In this document: piece after piece, positions 17,673-26,943 of the stretch | Layout of the letters: every line of letters begins with the position of its first letter | Position numbering within the stretch: position 1 is the first letter of the stretch | Source of the DNA: Candidatus Thorarchaeota archaeon | GTDB taxonomy: Archaea > Asgardarchaeota > Thorarchaeia > Thorarchaeales > Thorarchaeaceae | Assembly (NCBI GenBank): GCA_046758445.1 | Contig: JBHIAE010000031.1 | Span: 1 to 32,013, forward strand | DNA length: 32,013 nt | Direction: 5' to 3' | Made by a program: the position numbers and the translations under genes | Notes under the pieces: model-generated | Databases searched by the model: none | Told to the model about the DNA's origin: nothing | The model's input: the letters and a program-made list of their open reading frames with translations, nothing else

Positions 17673-18941
17673 TTAATCAAAGAAGTCAGTCACTTTGGTC
17701 TGAGTCGTATACTCCTCGTAGAGTTTGCTAGCCTTTAGCCAACGACCTATTGGATTTCTGAGCAGACTGCCAATCTCAGCAATAGCCTCTTTTAGAGTAG
17801 AGAATCTCTTGCCATTGTTTGCCAGAGCCCTTCGGGCAATCTCCCTGAAACGCCACACCCCCAAGGGCACCCATCTCTGGGGGTCAATCTCCATAAAGAC
17901 GATAACTCCTGCTTGCTTCCGAATGTCGACTAGATATTCTAGAGCCGGCAGCCGTGTGGCATAGTAGGCACCGACGACGGAACTAGCATAGTCCTTTCTT
18001 CCCTTGAACCATTCATGATCCGAAATGATTGGAGGATTGAAACCACCGAGCCAGCATTCAAGAGCTTCAAACTGCCAACCACTCGGCAGGAAAAGCAGTG
18101 TAACCGTATTTCCCAGTGCATGGTCGGAATGGACTACAAATTCATTGAGCCATGGGTAGTGTAGCACCTTCTTGTGAAGATCTTTGCTAATGATGTCATC
18201 GACGGCAGTAATGCTCCACTTGGTAGGGACAAGACGTCTCTTCTTCTGTTCTCCTAGTAGTCCGACGGAAAGTAGACGAGTCACGTGCTGTTGATGGATT
18301 CCGTCTTTGAACATCTCGATGATACCACCGACCGCCTTCAGGTCTGTGTCAGAAGTTACCTTGTCAACTGTTCGAGGCACCCTGGGATTGTCCTCAAGTA
18401 CGAACAGTTCCAGAGGTGCCGAAGGCCCGATTGGTAGAGTGACATCCGAGAATATCTTGGTGAACCGAGGTCTCTTGAGGAGTGTTGCCTCCGAAGAGGT
18501 TGGAGATTCAGACAGGGCCAATGTCTGAGTTTCGGTCAGAAGTCTTGGAGGGTCCGCTGCTGCCTCCACCGGGATTGACTTCTTTGTCCTAACAAGACTG
18601 AAACGAAATGAAAGAATCTCATCAATCGTCCTGTCCAACCATAGGTCTGGTCGCTCCATGATGGCAGAGGCATCCCCTGATACTGGCGGAACAAGTGGTC
18701 CTGCAAGTACCTTTGGATATCCATGGTCCCCAACAAAGACAGATGGCGGGGACGAGCCTGACAGGTCAAGTCCTGTCACCGCTCCCTCAATATCACTCAG
18801 TGCCCTTGCCCGCATGACAAGTGGACATGGCCTGACTCCACAGAGGGCCCTGTGACCCATGCATCTAGAACAGACTCGCTCATCATACGACTGCTGACTC
18901 ACTCTCACCGGAGTCTTCTCGAAACGCATCTGGGCCAACAT
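17673..18941 (-). CDS. nreA: Archaeal DNA repair protein NreA
   Basis: CxxC.G...LCG...CP N-terminus, GSSPPSVFVG..GYPKV, RRLVPTKWSITAVDD, GAYYA.RL, PLGVW, C-terminal PIP box QTKVTDFF. Start after GAGGT. Confidence 0.9.
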   Translation of the reverse strand: MLAQMRFEKTPVRVSQQSYDERVCSRCMGHRALCGVRPCPLVMRARALSDIEGAVTGLDLSGSSPPSVFVGDHGYPKVLAGPLVPPVSGDASAIMERPDLWLDRTIDEILSFRFSLVRTKKSIPVEAAADPPRLLTETQTLALSESPTSSEATLLKRPRFTKIFSDVTLPIGPSAPLELFVLEDNPRVPRTVDKVTSDTDLKAVGGIIEMFKDGIHQQHVTRLLSVGLLGEQKKRRLVPTKWSITAVDDIISKDLHKKVLHYPWLNEFVVHSDHALGNTVTLLFLPSGWQFEALECWLGGFNPPIISDHEWFKGRKDYASSVVGAYYATRLPALEYLVDIRKQAGVIVFMEIDPQRWVPLGVWRFREIARRALANNGKRFSTLKEAIAEIGSLLRNPIGRWLKASKLYEEYTTQTKVTDFFD

Positions 18942-19068
18942 GTCTACCTCTATTGTTATCCTATACTGTATTGACTTTCGGGATTCTGTTGTTGCACTGA
19001 ACGCACTTAGACCTCTTGGAGAGGACACCGAAACTATATCATGTTCTCTCGTAGACAACGAGCTAGAC

Positions 19069-19368
19069 ATGTCTACCCGAAGAGAAACAATCTCCGGACT
19101 TCTGGAAGAAACCAAGATTCCTATGACGGCGCAAGAGATATGCAACATTCTGGGAATCAAGAATAGAGCCTTAGTCTATGAGGACATCGAACACATCTCT
19201 CTCTCGGTCAGGAATCGTGGAAAACAGTTGATGATACAGCCTGCAAGTTGCGGGAAATGTGGCTATGTCTTTACAGAACGCAGGAAGATCAAGAAACCTT
19301 CGAAGTGTCCTAAATGCCGCTCACAGTGGATACTCCAACCTGCCTATCTGATACGTGATGCGAAATAG
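19069..19368 (+). CDS. HTH plus Zn-ribbon transcriptional regulator (COG3357-like)
   Basis: MSTRRE.I...L...VYEDIEHI..S...PA.C.KCGYVF...KPSKCPKCRS.WI..P. Confidence 0.88.
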   Translation: MSTRRETISGLLEETKIPMTAQEICNILGIKNRALVYEDIEHISLSVRNRGKQLMIQPASCGKCGYVFTERRKIKKPSKCPKCRSQWILQPAYLIRDAK

Positions 19369-19369
19369 C

Positions 19370-19681
19370 CTAATCGTCTTCGAATCTGTGAATTCTCATA
19401 GCATCTGTGCCTTGGCGTTTGATGCTTGTGACCCTGGTTACAACGAAGTCAGAAAGTCCATAATCCGCTTCTTCCACATATCCGTGAACGACCACTGGCA
19501 TTCCCACCCGGGGCAGGAATTGGCATTTGTCCAATACGTTGGCCGAAACATTTACACTATAGGTCTGTCCGGTTTCCTCACTCTGGACTACTAGCGTCGT
19601 TGATCCATACCAACGGCGTGCGCTGACTCTGGTAGTTCTACTTCGGCCAACTTCACGAATCACACCCTTGACAACAGTCAC
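19370..19681 (-). CDS. Small OB-fold-like protein, translationally coupled to EndoQ
   Basis: VKGVIREV...LPRVGMPVVVHGYV is an OB-fold pattern; GTG start overlaps the upstream TGA (GTGA). Confidence 0.6.
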   Translation of the reverse strand: MTVVKGVIREVGRSRTTRVSARRWYGSTTLVVQSEETGQTYSVNVSANVLDKCQFLPRVGMPVVVHGYVEEADYGLSDFVVTRVTSIKRQGTDAMRIHRFEDD

Positions 19682-20955
19682 GGCGAGTCTTCCTCCCATG
19701 GTGCCACTAAGGTACCGTATCTTCCACCTCCACCAGGGATGTATCCCACCTTCTTATTCCTGTACGCCGTAACCATCTGGCCAAGTCTCTTGTTGAATCT
19801 GCTTATTTGCTCAATGGGCGCTTCTATGAGAATCCCAGTTTCTGGGCCAAGAACCTCTCGAAGTGAGGAATAGAGTCTTCTGACTGACTTAGAAGACCTG
19901 GACTTTACCCCGAGGGCTACAGCGATCATGTCCAGAAGAGGAGGAATGTGAAGGTATGGAGGTCTGTGGTCTGGCGAAATGCTCTTCCCTTCTCCTATCA
20001 TCAATGCTCTGTCGCGTACGCCGAGCCTCAATGATTTCCCATCAGATGGACATTTTGCTTTGCGCCTATGAATATCCTCCAGAAGGCGACTTCGATCTTC
20101 TAGGTCCCGACAGAAAAGGTAGATGTTCAAATCGTCAAACGCGGGTGGAGCAACTCCTTCACCGATGACAAGTGTTCTTCTACACACAGAACAGAAAGAA
20201 AGGTAGTACTTGCCCAAGCGAGGGTTGAATCCCACATTGAGTTCTGCACGACGACCCTTTTCTCTCGTAATCGCCTTCTCAAGCTCGTGGAATGTGGGAG
20301 ATTCCATCCTGAAACGAACAAACTCTCTTCCAATCTTGTCCGGGGAAGGAGAGTGGGCATCACTGGATGTTATGTACGTGAGCCTTCTCAGCTCAGGCAT
20401 ACTGTCCGCGACATCTGAGTCGGCTGAAAGGCCCAATTCTAGGAAGTTAATGTGTCGAGTTTCCTCACCATAGCAGCCATCTAGAGTAGAGTATCGGCCC
20501 TCTCTGAATATTGCCTTGAATGGCGTGAACGCGTGAGCCGGACCGATCAAACCGCCTGCGTCTCTCACTGCTCCGGCGAGCTCCTCTGCGATCATATTCA
20601 CACGAGGACGTCCCCCCCACTCATGATTGAGATTCGTTGAGTGAGGACGCAGCGAAACGCGAAGTGCTTCGACAGACTCGAAATCTGGTATTATACACAG
20701 ATGATGTATTGACTCGACATCCTCAATCTCAACCGTAGGTATGAAACTCACAGAATCTCTGACCAGCATGTCACCCTTCTGTTCTAGGTGCCGCTTCAGA
20801 TGATCAAGCCATTGTGGCTGCGTGGCATCACCAGTGCCCAGAATATCCAGCCCTTTCTCCTTCGCTCCGTCGACAAGCCTTGGCACTGTCATAGACTTGC
20901 TGACACCGATGGAATGTAGAGAATGAATGTGCAGATCAGCATCATAGCACTCCAT
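19678..20955 (-). CDS. PHP-family endonuclease Q (EndoQ / TIGR00375-like)
   Basis: ADLHIHS, GTGD, PAHAFTP, ELGLSAD, SDAHSP...GRE, LGKY..C..C, PPY.HI.PL, PGGGGRYG. Confidence 0.88.
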   Translation of the reverse strand: MECYDADLHIHSLHSIGVSKSMTVPRLVDGAKEKGLDILGTGDATQPQWLDHLKRHLEQKGDMLVRDSVSFIPTVEIEDVESIHHLCIIPDFESVEALRVSLRPHSTNLNHEWGGRPRVNMIAEELAGAVRDAGGLIGPAHAFTPFKAIFREGRYSTLDGCYGEETRHINFLELGLSADSDVADSMPELRRLTYITSSDAHSPSPDKIGREFVRFRMESPTFHELEKAITREKGRRAELNVGFNPRLGKYYLSFCSVCRRTLVIGEGVAPPAFDDLNIYLFCRDLEDRSRLLEDIHRRKAKCPSDGKSLRLGVRDRALMIGEGKSISPDHRPPYLHIPPLLDMIAVALGVKSRSSKSVRRLYSSLREVLGPETGILIEAPIEQISRFNKRLGQMVTAYRNKKVGYIPGGGGRYGTLVAPWEEDSP

Positions 20956-20966
20956 GCATTAGCTCC

Positions 20967-21956
20967 TCATATGTCAATGACGACCTTTGTCGTATTGGGC
21001 TCCGCCGCGAACTCGAAAGCCTTGGCTCCATCTTCTAGCTTGAAGTTCTTTGTGATAAGCCGCTTTACTTCAATACGGCCCTTGTCCAATATGTCTATTG
21101 CCTTATCGAATGGCCCTGCACTCGTCCCGTACAGAGTCAAGTCTCGTGTGACCAAGTCGGTGGGGTTGATCTCGAATGTTCCATTGTACATACTCTTGAG
21201 TGCTATGTTCCCTCCGCTGCGCACGATGTCCATCCCCATTCTCAAGCCATCAGAGTTCCCCGTCGTTTCAACGACGATTCGGGGCCCTGCATCTGTGGTC
21301 GCATCCAGAACCTTCTCCTTCCAATCAGCATCTTGAGAACTGATTGTGTTAGGGATCCCTAGTTGCCGGACCAGCCCAAGTTGCCACCGATTTTTCCCCA
21401 CCACAACGACATTTGCTCCGTAGGCGTCGTAAACCTGGGCGACAAGAAGTCCCAATCTCCCGCTTCCAATCACGACGACGGGCTCGTTCGGTTCTGAAGG
21501 CGACTGTTCATAAGTCTTGATAGCAGAGGCGAGTGGCTCTACAAATACACCAGCTGTCGCATCAACACCCTCAGGAAGCGGATGGATTAATTCTGCAGGA
21601 ACGCTGAGGTATTCAGCCATTCCACCGTCTGCAGTCACGCCAAGGACTTCCTTATCCTTACAGTAGCGTCGTTGGGTATGACGACAATACCAGCAGCGAG
21701 CGCACGAAACCTCTATCTCAGTCGTCACGACCGTGCCGGGCTTCAGCTCAGGAACTGAACTCTCATGAACCACTCCCGCTATTTCATGTCCCAAGATGAT
21801 GGGCAATTCTACTTCGTACTCCCCTCTCCAGATTGCAAGGTCAGTTCCGCAGATTCCTACAGATCGGACCTCAATTCGCACATCCCCGGGCATTAGTGGA
21901 GGCCTAGGAGTGTCTGCGATTTGAAGGCCATCCTGTGTCAAGATCAGTGACTGCAT
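20967..21956 (-). CDS. Zn-dependent medium-chain dehydrogenase (threonine/sorbitol dehydrogenase-like)
   Basis: GICGTD, GHE, structural-Zn CxxCxxC-x7-C, VEPLA, GSGRLG. Confidence 0.9.
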   Translation of the reverse strand: MQSLILTQDGLQIADTPRPPLMPGDVRIEVRSVGICGTDLAIWRGEYEVELPIILGHEIAGVVHESSVPELKPGTVVTTEIEVSCARCWYCRHTQRRYCKDKEVLGVTADGGMAEYLSVPAELIHPLPEGVDATAGVFVEPLASAIKTYEQSPSEPNEPVVVIGSGRLGLLVAQVYDAYGANVVVVGKNRWQLGLVRQLGIPNTISSQDADWKEKVLDATTDAGPRIVVETTGNSDGLRMGMDIVRSGGNIALKSMYNGTFEINPTDLVTRDLTLYGTSAGPFDKAIDILDKGRIEVKRLITKNFKLEDGAKAFEFAAEPNTTKVVIDI

Positions 21957-22116
21957 TCTATCGCCTTCCTCCGATGGGTTTGAAGTTTGGTCAATAAACC
22001 CTTCGATATATGAGTTGCATTCCAGGGGTGAGCATCAGCAAGGCATATTGATTGGAGAAGCGATAACTTATTTTGGAGGAGGAAGGTCAAAACCGATTCG
22101 ATAGGAGAATCAGGCA

Positions 22117-23175
22117 ATGCGCATCGGAATAGAATTTGTACCTGACAAACCAATTGAGAAGCTGCTGACTTGGACTAAGCTTGCCGAGGAATCTGGCTTT
22201 GACAATGTGTGGATAACAGACCACTACAACAACCGCAATGTCTGGGCAACCCTGACAGCCCTGGCCTTGAACACTGAGAGAATCCTAATGGGACCAGGAG
22301 TGACTAATCCATTTCATATCAGCCCAGCTTTGACTGCTTCTGCAGCAGTGACAATCAACGAGCTGAGCAATGGACGCGCTGTCCTTGGGATAGGTGCTGG
22401 AGACAAGGTAACGCTTAGTAGTCTTGGAATCAAATGGGCGAAGCCCGTTTCCGCTGTTGTGGAGTCAATCAAATACATGAGGAAGCTCACTGAAGGCAGC
22501 AAGGCGAAGCTTGACGGGAAGGTCTTCAAGGTAAAGGGCGCGAAGTTGGCGATTGTCAAGAAGGAGCCTGTGTTGGATCCCGACGGCAACCCAGTAATGA
22601 AAGATGGGAAGCTGGTAAAGCGTGGCCCCAAGATCCCGATCTATGCTGGAGCACAAGGACCAATGATGCTGAAGGCGACAGCGAAAGTCGCAGACGGGAT
22701 TCTGATCAATGCGAGCCATCCCAAGGACTTTGAGATTGCCATGGAGAAGATCAGAGAAGGCCTAGAGGAGGCAGGGAGGGATATCAAGGAGTTGGATGTG
22801 ACTGCTTACGCGTCGTTCAGTATCGGAGATACGAGGGAAGCGGCTCTGGAAGGAGACGCGAAGATTGTCGTCGCGTTCATTGTTGCGGGCTCGCCAGACG
22901 TAGTCTTGAAGCGTCACAGTCTCGACCTGGATGCGTGCAACAGAGTCAGAGGACTTCTGGCGGAAGGGAATTTCAAGGATCTTCCTGGCGCGATCACTGA
23001 CGAGATGATTGATGCTTTTGCAGTTGTTGGAAACAAAGACGAATGCATCAAACGCATCGAGGATCTTTCAAAGGTTGGTGTCACGCAGTTCGTCGTTGGC
23101 TCACCCATTGGACCTAAGAAGAAAGCAGCAATCAAGCACATTGGAAAGGAGATCATTCCACACTTCAAGAAATAG
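22117..23175 (+). CDS. mer: F420-dependent 5,10-methylenetetrahydromethanopterin reductase
   Basis: WITDHYNNRNV, GPGVTNP, GIGAGDK, IPIY.GAQGP.ML, DGILINASHPKD, QFVVGSPIGP. Confidence 0.93.
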   Translation: MRIGIEFVPDKPIEKLLTWTKLAEESGFDNVWITDHYNNRNVWATLTALALNTERILMGPGVTNPFHISPALTASAAVTINELSNGRAVLGIGAGDKVTLSSLGIKWAKPVSAVVESIKYMRKLTEGSKAKLDGKVFKVKGAKLAIVKKEPVLDPDGNPVMKDGKLVKRGPKIPIYAGAQGPMMLKATAKVADGILINASHPKDFEIAMEKIREGLEEAGRDIKELDVTAYASFSIGDTREAALEGDAKIVVAFIVAGSPDVVLKRHSLDLDACNRVRGLLAEGNFKDLPGAITDEMIDAFAVVGNKDECIKRIEDLSKVGVTQFVVGSPIGPKKKAAIKHIGKEIIPHFKK

Positions 23176-23209
23176 AACATGGCATATCGAGAATAGTTAG
23201 GGTAAAGTC

Positions 23210-24106
23210 ATGAGACCTCCCACTCTTTTCACCTGGAGAATGGCGAAGTCGGAACTCGACACATGGTTGAGCATTCAAGGTACTGCCAAGCATGACAACA
23301 TTGAGTATGCCAAATCACTCATGGACCTCCCTGACGGTACATTCTTCCTTGCTAGCATCGCAAACAAAGTAGTTGGAGGTACTGCTATCTATAGAGACCG
23401 AACAAGACTTGCAGTTGCACTTTTGGCCGCAAGAATGGTTCCTGAATTTAGAGAGAAAGCACAACTCCAGCTCCTTAGATTTTCTATTCCCTTCTTCAGA
23501 ACCGTAGTGATTCACGAAGTGGATGTCCTTGTGAGTCCAGAGAGACAAGAGAGTCCATTGCCGTTTCCGTTCAATAGCGAGGTTTCGAGCTGGCTAACAC
23601 CGGCTCTTGGAGGCCTAGAGTTTCAGGACGTCACAACCGCCTTGGGCTGTACGATTGAGATTCCCACCGAGGCTCCGGCCATGTCTGACAAGGTTTCCTG
23701 GGACGCACGGTCAAACATGGAGGGTGCTCGCGACTTATACTGGAGGCAGACTGAGTCATCGCGGCTGGATTGCTCACAAGTGACCCTTGCACTAGAATTG
23801 GGGGCTTCTAGAGGGTCTCTGAGGACTCATACTGAGGGTGAACTGACTATACTCGCCTTAGGGTTCGAGCTCATGAAAGACCGAGTCGTTGTCTGGCCGC
23901 TTATAGCTGACCTTGAGCACGTCAGCCCTCAGGAAATTGCTCATGAGATTGTATCGCAAGCAAGTGATTTCGAAGTTGAGCGGGTCGAGATTCCTCTCCT
24001 AGGTCTTGGCCAGAAGGACATTGCAGAAATCGTTGCTGCACTGGGAAAGGGCCGACTAAGAACAAGAGAAACAGATGTAGTATATTCCTCATCGCATGAG
24101 AGATGA
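23210..24106 (+). CDS. Hypothetical protein, possibly GNAT-like fold
   Basis: Long ORF co-oriented with mer; TFFLAS...VVGG and LGFE resemble GNAT strands, but there is no clear acetyl-CoA motif. Confidence 0.55.
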   Translation: MRPPTLFTWRMAKSELDTWLSIQGTAKHDNIEYAKSLMDLPDGTFFLASIANKVVGGTAIYRDRTRLAVALLAARMVPEFREKAQLQLLRFSIPFFRTVVIHEVDVLVSPERQESPLPFPFNSEVSSWLTPALGGLEFQDVTTALGCTIEIPTEAPAMSDKVSWDARSNMEGARDLYWRQTESSRLDCSQVTLALELGASRGSLRTHTEGELTILALGFELMKDRVVVWPLIADLEHVSPQEIAHEIVSQASDFEVERVEIPLLGLGQKDIAEIVAALGKGRLRTRETDVVYSSSHER

Positions 24107-24237
24107 CAACTCTACCCCATCACTTGTCCTTCTTGGGACATAGCGAGGGCTGATTTCTCTATGGTCGACCTGTGGATAACAATCCCTCGTGGTCGGCAAT
24201 GTTGCCGAACACCTTCCAAACCTTTGATAGTCCCTAT

Positions 24238-26295
24238 TCAGCCGTGTTGCTCAAAGATCACACGATATTTCGGGCTGAGTGGCACATTATTGAGATACAA
24301 GAGGTATTCAACGAAGAACCTTGACAATGTACTACTGCTCGAACTGGAATCTAGGGCAACAAACAGCTCTTCTTTGTCCGCATGCTGCTCGAAGAGCTTT
24401 GCTGCAACTTTGTATGGAGAGAGCGCAAGGATCTCATCCAAACTAGAAGACATGCCGAGGAATTCCATCACTTGGTGCAGTTCCTTTTCTTGTGATAATA
24501 AGACGAATTGTATAGCCATGTGGGCTGTGAAATTCATCAATGGCTTCCAACCTGGCGTTGGGTTGAAGAGCAGCCCAATTCTCTCCGCAGAAGGACTCGT
24601 GTGAATAAAACTCAGAGATTCTCGTACCTCAGGGATTGCAGTTAGAAACTTGAAATCAAATCCGGATGCAACGGCGGTATTCCACCATCCAAGGAAAGTT
24701 TTTGGGTCCGTAGAGTTCCTCAGAAACCAGTTCCACTCTTTCTTGAATAAATGATCACAAGAGAGGTAAGTGGTCCCTATGTGAACAAAGAGTTCTTCAA
24801 CCGCTTCGCGGCTGCCGAAGTGATTCAGAAGGGCTGGAGGGTGAGCAAATGATGGATAGAGTTCATTGTAGGAATCCGCAGGCCCCTTGTCAGTCACAGA
24901 CCAGACGAATTCAAGTAGCTCATCGTCCATATTGTAGTCAAACAGTCTTGTCGCTGGAATGATGTGGCACATATCAAAACGCTCACCGAGTTTGGCGTCA
25001 TCAACAGCCTTCAAAGTTACACGGATGGTTTCCGGGGTAGTAGCCGTGTTACCTAGAAAGAGATTCCATACATTTTGAAGGAAGGGATCAAGCTGACTCA
25101 AGTTCGTATGTTGGGGATCCTTGAATATCCGCTCCTCCAATGAGAGCATCTTCTTGTTACTTTGCCTTAGCTCTTCTTCAACGACCCCCAGCATGCCTTT
25201 GAGATGCTTAATCACATCTCGGCTTCTATATGGCATTCTGACGGTTATGTTGTTTTTGTCTTCGAGAGAAGGGAGGTCGAACCATCCTCCAAGAAAGCCA
25301 GATTTCCTAAGGTGTTTCAGCTCATCGGACGTGAAAGTAAGGAGATATATCCCGTACCACTGGACCTTCTCGTGTGGGGCTCTCTTTTCATTGATGCGGA
25401 TTAAGCGATCAGCGAGTTTCATGATGAAGTCACTGCCATCTGGGTTCAGCTCAGAACACACAAACCACAGTTGGTTCAATCCATACTTGCCCAAGAGTTT
25501 GATTTCATCTTCAATGACATCTAGATCCCGATATTGGAGCCTTGTACCTTTGACAAACGGCTCCGAACAGAATGAGCATCGAAGGGGGCAACCCCGAAAG
25601 ATTTCGACAGCAACGCTCTGATTCAAACAAAGGCCTTTGATAGGAGACATACGGGAGTTGAATTTCTGGGCGTCTGCAATGATATCATCAGTATATTCTC
25701 TCCGTGTAGCAGGCGGAAAATAACGTGTAGGGCCCTCCAAAAGGATATCATTTTCGATGCGCAGCAAATTGGCAACCTGCTCCAAATCCCGTTTTGCAAG
25801 GATGTCCTCAAAATGCCCAAAGAACGCATCGGGACCGCTAAAAACCCCGTAGTCTGGCCGCAAGTACCGCATGAGCTTTTGGGGCATGACTGAGAAGCCA
25901 AACCCTCCGACAGCAATCGGCAACTCAGTTATTGTCCGAAGATCCTGAATGAGCCGCTTTGTAAACTCAATCGGGAAGTAGGAAGATTGACTGGATGGGC
26001 TTGTTTGGATAGGGTGGTAGTAATCCTTGTTTGCGGTTCTGGTCTGATACTCCTCCACACCCAGCGTGTCTGTGTTGCGTAGGGTGATTAGTATCATATC
26101 GAACTCTATCTTCGTAAGAGTGTTTTGCAAGTATTCAACCCACTGATCCTGAGGTATTCCGAACAAGTCTTCACGGATGACACGAATATTGAAGCGGTCT
26201 GCAATCTCGGACACCTGGACAAAGGCATAAGGATAGAGCAAGTCAGTACTCAAATTGCTTGCATTAAGAAACAAGACAGTTCGGTTGGCATTCAT
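24238..26295 (-). CDS. Cobalamin-dependent radical SAM enzyme, TsrM-like
   Basis: RGCPLRCSFCSEP (CxxxCxxC), SELN; N-terminal B12-binding domain with TLRNTDT and GGFGFSVMP. Confidence 0.82.
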   Translation of the reverse strand: MNANRTVLFLNASNLSTDLLYPYAFVQVSEIADRFNIRVIREDLFGIPQDQWVEYLQNTLTKIEFDMILITLRNTDTLGVEEYQTRTANKDYYHPIQTSPSSQSSYFPIEFTKRLIQDLRTITELPIAVGGFGFSVMPQKLMRYLRPDYGVFSGPDAFFGHFEDILAKRDLEQVANLLRIENDILLEGPTRYFPPATRREYTDDIIADAQKFNSRMSPIKGLCLNQSVAVEIFRGCPLRCSFCSEPFVKGTRLQYRDLDVIEDEIKLLGKYGLNQLWFVCSELNPDGSDFIMKLADRLIRINEKRAPHEKVQWYGIYLLTFTSDELKHLRKSGFLGGWFDLPSLEDKNNITVRMPYRSRDVIKHLKGMLGVVEEELRQSNKKMLSLEERIFKDPQHTNLSQLDPFLQNVWNLFLGNTATTPETIRVTLKAVDDAKLGERFDMCHIIPATRLFDYNMDDELLEFVWSVTDKGPADSYNELYPSFAHPPALLNHFGSREAVEELFVHIGTTYLSCDHLFKKEWNWFLRNSTDPKTFLGWWNTAVASGFDFKFLTAIPEVRESLSFIHTSPSAERIGLLFNPTPGWKPLMNFTAHMAIQFVLLSQEKELHQVMEFLGMSSSLDEILALSPYKVAAKLFEQHADKEELFVALDSSSSSSTLSRFFVEYLLYLNNVPLSPKYRVIFEQHG

Positions 26296-26479
26296 ATGTC
26301 ACATTCCTCAGTATGGGGGACATTCACGATGAGGATCTGTGCACTCATATAATTATGACTTATTTGTAATTGGAGCTGGAGGGAGGTTCGATTCCATTTA
26401 GGTACGCTCTTTCTACTGGCTCTTGCTGAAGTCTTCCGGTTGATATAATTCGAAGGCACTCTTAGAGTGTGATGATTCG

Positions 26480-26941
26480 TTATTTCGACAGATCTGTCCC
26501 ATATTTCCACCAGTACCGACCATTGAGACCTGTGGTTGGGTCTCCGCAGGCTGGCCAGTAGTTGAGCGTGGTGATGTGCTTTGGGATCCCTGTTAGTGGG
26601 TGGTAAATGAATCTTGATGGTGATGGTGTTATGATGCCGCCAATGAGTACAAGGAGTCCGGATTGGAATCCTGCGAGGAGGAGGGCTATTACACCTTTGA
26701 CAAAAAGGCCGTTCTTGCGGACGCCTGGGTCATGACGCCAATTCAACTAGAGTCCTAATGACACTAGTCCGACAGTGCCATAAACAACGTAGACTATTGT
26801 GGTCATTAACCTTATACTCCAGGTCAAAGTGAAGAGTAGGGGATCGACCAAAAAGGGGGCAACCACCAAATACACCAGACCCCCTAGAGCGAACAAGAAT
26901 ATGGAGAAGAGCAGCTGGAGGATTGCACCAGCTAAGATCAA
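26480..26941 (-). pseudogene. Membrane protein with decayed C-terminal zinc ribbon, interrupted by an in-frame TAG at 26747-26749
   Basis: The two track ORFs are contiguous in one frame; YWPACG...YWWKYG looks like a mutated CPxCG...CxxCG. Confidence 0.65.
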
Positions 26942-26943
26942 AG

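Noticed and set aside
26382-26398. GGTTCGATTCC tRNA T-loop-like motif
   Set aside because: The T-stem pairs poorly, and no acceptor, D or anticodon stems can be formed.
26747-26749. In-frame TAG as possible pyrrolysine
   Set aside because: TAG terminates many ordinary genes in this window, and the same ORF shows other signs of decay.
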